From a virus, in IMG/VR virus record IMGVR_UViG_3300045988_060405, positions 1-41,348 of that record: a stretch of 41,348 nucleotides of DNA; one strand, written 5' to 3'. Position numbers and translations under genes: made by a program. The notes below the pieces were generated by a model, which ran no database searches, had not been told where the DNA came from, and saw only the letters and a list, made by a program, of their open reading frames with translations. This document shows positions 38,729-41,348 of the stretch, in pieces. The stretch's first letter is position 1. Each line of letters starts with the position of its first letter.

Positions 38729-39766
38729 TTACGGTAATACTTCCGGAAAGTCTGTTATACTCATCTGCCCCTGTGCCTCCCATGTGGTCCATGGTATCCC
38801 TACATAATCCAACACTTCAGCCATACCCAAACCGCCCTTACATACTGGTTTCATGCAGAAATCATATTGATGCGGGTAAGAGGTTGCCATACGTTGGAAT
38901 CTGTTAGGCTCTGGCTCCAGGTGTGCACCGAATGCGCAAAACATGCAGCCGGTCCGCTGCTCTCCAGTGAGGTAATACTCGCCGCATGGAGTCTGTTTGA
39001 TATCGCCGTACACAGAACAAATTTCAAGATCGTTTTCCACAACGTACCGTAGCACATCCTGTTTTGTCCAGAATCCCATAGGCTGGCTCTTGATTGTCTT
39101 GCCATCGTAGACGTTGCAGCCGGTATGTGCATATTGATGCGCCCTTTTAAAGCCTTCGTCCTGGGTGATCCCAATGTATGGATAACGTCCAGTTTCCCTT
39201 ACAAACTTATCAAATGGCTTCTTTTTCATCATTTCACAACACTTGTCCGTGGTCTCAAACGGTGCATTAATCAGAAATTGCCACTTGTCCGCCAACTTTC
39301 CAAAACTTCCTCTTTCATCTCCATTCAAGAGATAATTTCTGTGCCTGTCCGACAAATTACCATGTCGTAGCTTATACACCTTTCTGGCTGTTTCCTTGCT
39401 TATGAGCGGATATCCATATGTAGTAATAACCTTACGGAATGTGATCCGCTTACCGTCTTTATCGACCGGATAAATTTCCCGAAATTCCCCACTGGCCTGC
39501 CGCGCAAACTTTACAATTTCAGGGAATTCTAATCCTGTGTTGGAAAATACCGCCGGCACATCGTTTCCGACGGTCTCCCGAATCAGATGTAACAGGACCC
39601 GGCTATCCAGTCCTCCAGAATAACTCAGGTATACCATTCCTCCCCAGTTATCATACCATTCACGGATTCGTGTTTTGGTAAGCTGAAGCTTTATTTCCCA
39701 TGGTAGGTATTTCCTCTGGCCGAACTGCCAGTCATTAAGTTTTAAATCGTCCTCTTTAATAAACAT
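38729..39766 (-). CDS. PP-loop / PAPS-reductase-family enzyme (IbrA/DndC-like) with a Cys-rich C-terminus
   Basis: VYLSYSGGLDSRVLLHL is the SGGxDS PP-loop. C-terminal CGEYYLTGEQRTGCMFCAFG. Confidence 0.8.
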   Translation of the reverse strand: MFIKEDDLKLNDWQFGQRKYLPWEIKLQLTKTRIREWYDNWGGMVYLSYSGGLDSRVLLHLIRETVGNDVPAVFSNTGLEFPEIVKFARQASGEFREIYPVDKDGKRITFRKVITTYGYPLISKETARKVYKLRHGNLSDRHRNYLLNGDERGSFGKLADKWQFLINAPFETTDKCCEMMKKKPFDKFVRETGRYPYIGITQDEGFKRAHQYAHTGCNVYDGKTIKSQPMGFWTKQDVLRYVVENDLEICSVYGDIKQTPCGEYYLTGEQRTGCMFCAFGAHLEPEPNRFQRMATSYPHQYDFCMKPVCKGGLGMAEVLDYVGIPWTTWEAQGQMSITDFPEVLP

Positions 39767-39823
39767 TTTCTGCGAAAGGAACCCGGCGCGCCTGTTTTCC
39801 GGAAAGGTTCCGGCTCCTTTCTC

Positions 39824-40153
39824 TTAATCAGTTTTTAGTGTATAAGTTTTTTCCGGTCGGGACCTCTGCGGATCAAAGTATATTTCATCAACAAGCCCGC
39901 GCTGCCGCTTTCCGTCATAATACACTAACCTACGGCGTCCACTATCCCCCTCTACAATCTTTTCTACCTGAACAACTTTGTACCAATTGTGACTTTCTGT
40001 GCTCATATCCATCACAATCAATTTTCCCACCATATCCGTAATCTCGTTGAATGTTAATTCTCTTCCAAGGCAACATTCCTCGATCCAGTCCCCCGGCTGG
40101 AATTCCTTTGCCATGAAATCAAACAGGCTTATTTGTCCTTCCATATTTCCCAC
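39824..40153 (-). CDS. Hypothetical protein (109 aa)
   Basis: ORF track. Confidence 0.6.
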   Translation of the reverse strand: MGNMEGQISLFDFMAKEFQPGDWIEECCLGRELTFNEITDMVGKLIVMDMSTESHNWYKVVQVEKIVEGDSGRRRLVYYDGKRQRGLVDEIYFDPQRSRPEKTYTLKTD

Positions 40154-40179
40154 CCCCTTGTCCCTTCATACGGAAAATA

Positions 40180-40497
40180 TCAGTTTTCTTGATAAAGCGC
40201 CTGACCACATTTAGGGCAATAGCTATCACCAATCAAGTAAATATCACCACAGTTGTTTTGTTCTCCACATGCAGGGCAGAAATATTCATCTACGTGGATC
40301 TCCTTTACTTTCATAGGTATCTGTTTTTGCAAGGATTCTTTTACCCTTTTAAAGTCAAAATTTATCTCCTTAACATCTTCCTCTCCTTTTCCGTCTACAT
40401 TCGTTTGTCTCACTCTTTTAATTAACAAGTCTCTGATGCAATCCATATTCTCTATGGTATTCTCCATGCTCCACGGCATTTTTAAGTTTCTCTCCAT
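40180..40497 (-). CDS. Zinc-ribbon protein (105 aa)
   Basis: CPACGEQNNCG...YCPKCG. Confidence 0.6.
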   Translation of the reverse strand: MERNLKMPWSMENTIENMDCIRDLLIKRVRQTNVDGKGEEDVKEINFDFKRVKESLQKQIPMKVKEIHVDEYFCPACGEQNNCGDIYLIGDSYCPKCGQALYQEN

Positions 40498-40542
40498 ACT
40501 ATTCCTTTCCCTACCTAAACCATAAAATATTAATACTACCGA

Positions 40543-40746
40543 TTATCGTTTTTCTGTTGAAAATAAGACGCAATCAGACACTTCTTTTTCTCCTGTTACC
40601 ATTTCTCTGATATACTGGTGAGGCACATCACAGTTTACAGCGTTCATAAGCAATTCAGTTTTGGCACCTGCGCTTAACATTTCACAGAGTTGGCTCAACT
40701 TTATTTCCGTTCGATCCTCTTTCTCAAACACATCAATTAATCCCAT
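40543..40746 (-). CDS. Hypothetical protein (67 aa)
   Basis: ORF track. Confidence 0.55.
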   Translation of the reverse strand: MGLIDVFEKEDRTEIKLSQLCEMLSAGAKTELLMNAVNCDVPHQYIREMVTGEKEVSDCVLFSTEKR

Positions 40747-40790
40747 GATTTTTTTCCTTTCTTCCGGCAGTCCCGGAATATTAATCTAAC

Positions 40791-40925
40791 TTATCTTGTC
40801 GTCACCTTCCGAATCCAGCCACATTTCTTGCACAAATACGTCGTTACTGTCTTGTCTGGATACTCATTTTGTTTTACTATTTCAAAATCATGTATACAAA
40901 GACAATGTCGAATCCAATTAAACAT
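40791..40925 (-). CDS. Small zinc-ribbon-like protein (44 aa; below the ORF-track cutoff)
   Basis: Hand translation: MFNWIRHCLCIHDFEIVKQNEYPDKTVTTYLCKKCGWIRKVTTR. SD GGAGTGGAGGAAAG. Confidence 0.45.
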   Translation of the reverse strand: MFNWIRHCLCIHDFEIVKQNEYPDKTVTTYLCKKCGWIRKVTTR

Positions 40926-40959
40926 GTATCACTTTCCTCCACTCCTCCGGAATTTTCAA

Positions 40960-41169
40960 TCATGATTCCCCAAAATCAGGCAATTTCAAGCAATCACACA
41001 TCTCTATAGTAACATCAGTTTTAAAAAATTCTTTTGAAATAACATAACTCTGAATTTCGTAAATCGTTCCCATAAAAAAGACCTTGTCTTTAAAATCCAG
41101 AGGAATCACCCCATATTTTTTTAGAATCCTATGTGCCAGTTTTAATAATAATTTCCGCAATCTCATCAT
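40960..41169 (-). CDS. Hypothetical protein (69 aa)
   Basis: ORF track. Weak SD spacing. Confidence 0.5.
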   Translation of the reverse strand: MMRLRKLLLKLAHRILKKYGVIPLDFKDKVFFMGTIYEIQSYVISKEFFKTDVTIEMCDCLKLPDFGES

Positions 41170-41197
41170 CCTTTCCGGGTATCTTGAAAATACTAAT

Positions 41198-41348
41198 TTA
41201 CAATCGTTCCAGCATTTTGCTGAATTCTTTTGATGGCTTCTTTACCTGCCCCCACGCCAGCTCTGCGCCACAGTATGGACAGCATTTATATTCTTTAGCC
41301 ACACCCATTCCACAGGTGCAATTATATTCTGGTTCTGGCGCTTCCGTC
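41198..41348 (-). CDS. 3' portion of the junction-spanning zinc-ribbon gene (same gene as 1-152)
   Basis: In frame with the 1-152 segment once the 99-nt overlap is collapsed. TAA at 41198-41200. Confidence 0.6.
   Translation of the reverse strand, partial: TEAPEPEYNCTCGMGVAKEYKCCPYCGAELAWGQVKKPSKEFSKMLERL

Noticed and set aside
1-41348. CRISPR arrays, rRNA genes or complete tRNA genes, transposases or IS elements, serine recombinase/invertase
   Set aside because: None was found by reading both strands. The only regularly spaced repeats are the arm-type repeats, the operators and the GC hairpins described above.

Overview
The window is a complete, circularly closed genome of a temperate siphovirus-type phage. 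Its unique length is about 41,249 bp, because bases 1-99 are identical to 41250-41348. It was captured in the excised (attP) form. The host is probably a Firmicutes/Clostridia-like bacterium; this is inferred from Cheo-type SOS boxes, a Firmicutes-like tRNA-Gly fragment, CW_binding-type repeats and a Prp protease.

Nearly all genes lie on the minus strand. Read in the minus sense, the layout is:
- divergent switch promoters at about 6.73-6.82 kb
- early, recombination and replication genes (ERF annealase, DUF1351, two HNH nucleases, replisome organizer, a LexA DNA-binding-domain-only protein), running through position 1 and wrapping to 41.2-35.8 kb (many small zinc-ribbon proteins, a PP-loop/PAPS-reductase-like enzyme, a short beta-clamp-like protein, a XerC/D-like tyrosine recombinase)
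- a late regulator, followed by a leader that contains a terminator
- terS, terL, portal, Mu-F-like protein, Prp protease, scaffold, capsid and head-tail connectors (35.0-26.3 kb)
- major tail protein, chaperones, tape measure, Dit and Tal (26.3-18.5 kb)
- two promoter-bearing morons (a secreted wall-binding protein and a Rha-like regulator)
- tail fibre (17.0-15.6 kb) and lysis genes (15.2-13.3 kb)
- an accessory island (13.2-10.2 kb)
- on the plus strand, attP (tRNA-Gly 3' half with arm repeats), the integrase and an XRE/cI-like repressor (9.35-6.84 kb)

The main discovery candidate is a shufflon-like switching system for the tail-fibre tip. A 13-bp sequence, AAATAGTGATTTA, always read in frame as N-S-D-L, occurs four times in alternating orientation. 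One copy lies inside the expressed fibre gene. The other three sit at the 5' edge of start-less, RBS-less C-terminal cassettes arranged tail-to-tail. One cassette pair adjoins the fibre gene. A second, silent pair lies 5 kb away next to attP, with the lysis and moron block between them.

Secondary candidates:
- a near-consensus promoter flanked by SOS boxes that drives a 52-aa ORF and antisense transcription into the non-cleavable repressor gene, together with the phage-encoded LexA-DBD-only protein
- an AbrB-like regulator with five ATTCGTACGAAT palindromic operators controlling a four-gene accessory operon of unknown function
- Prp-type LQ(I/L)FA leader motifs on scaffold, capsid and also the tape measure protein
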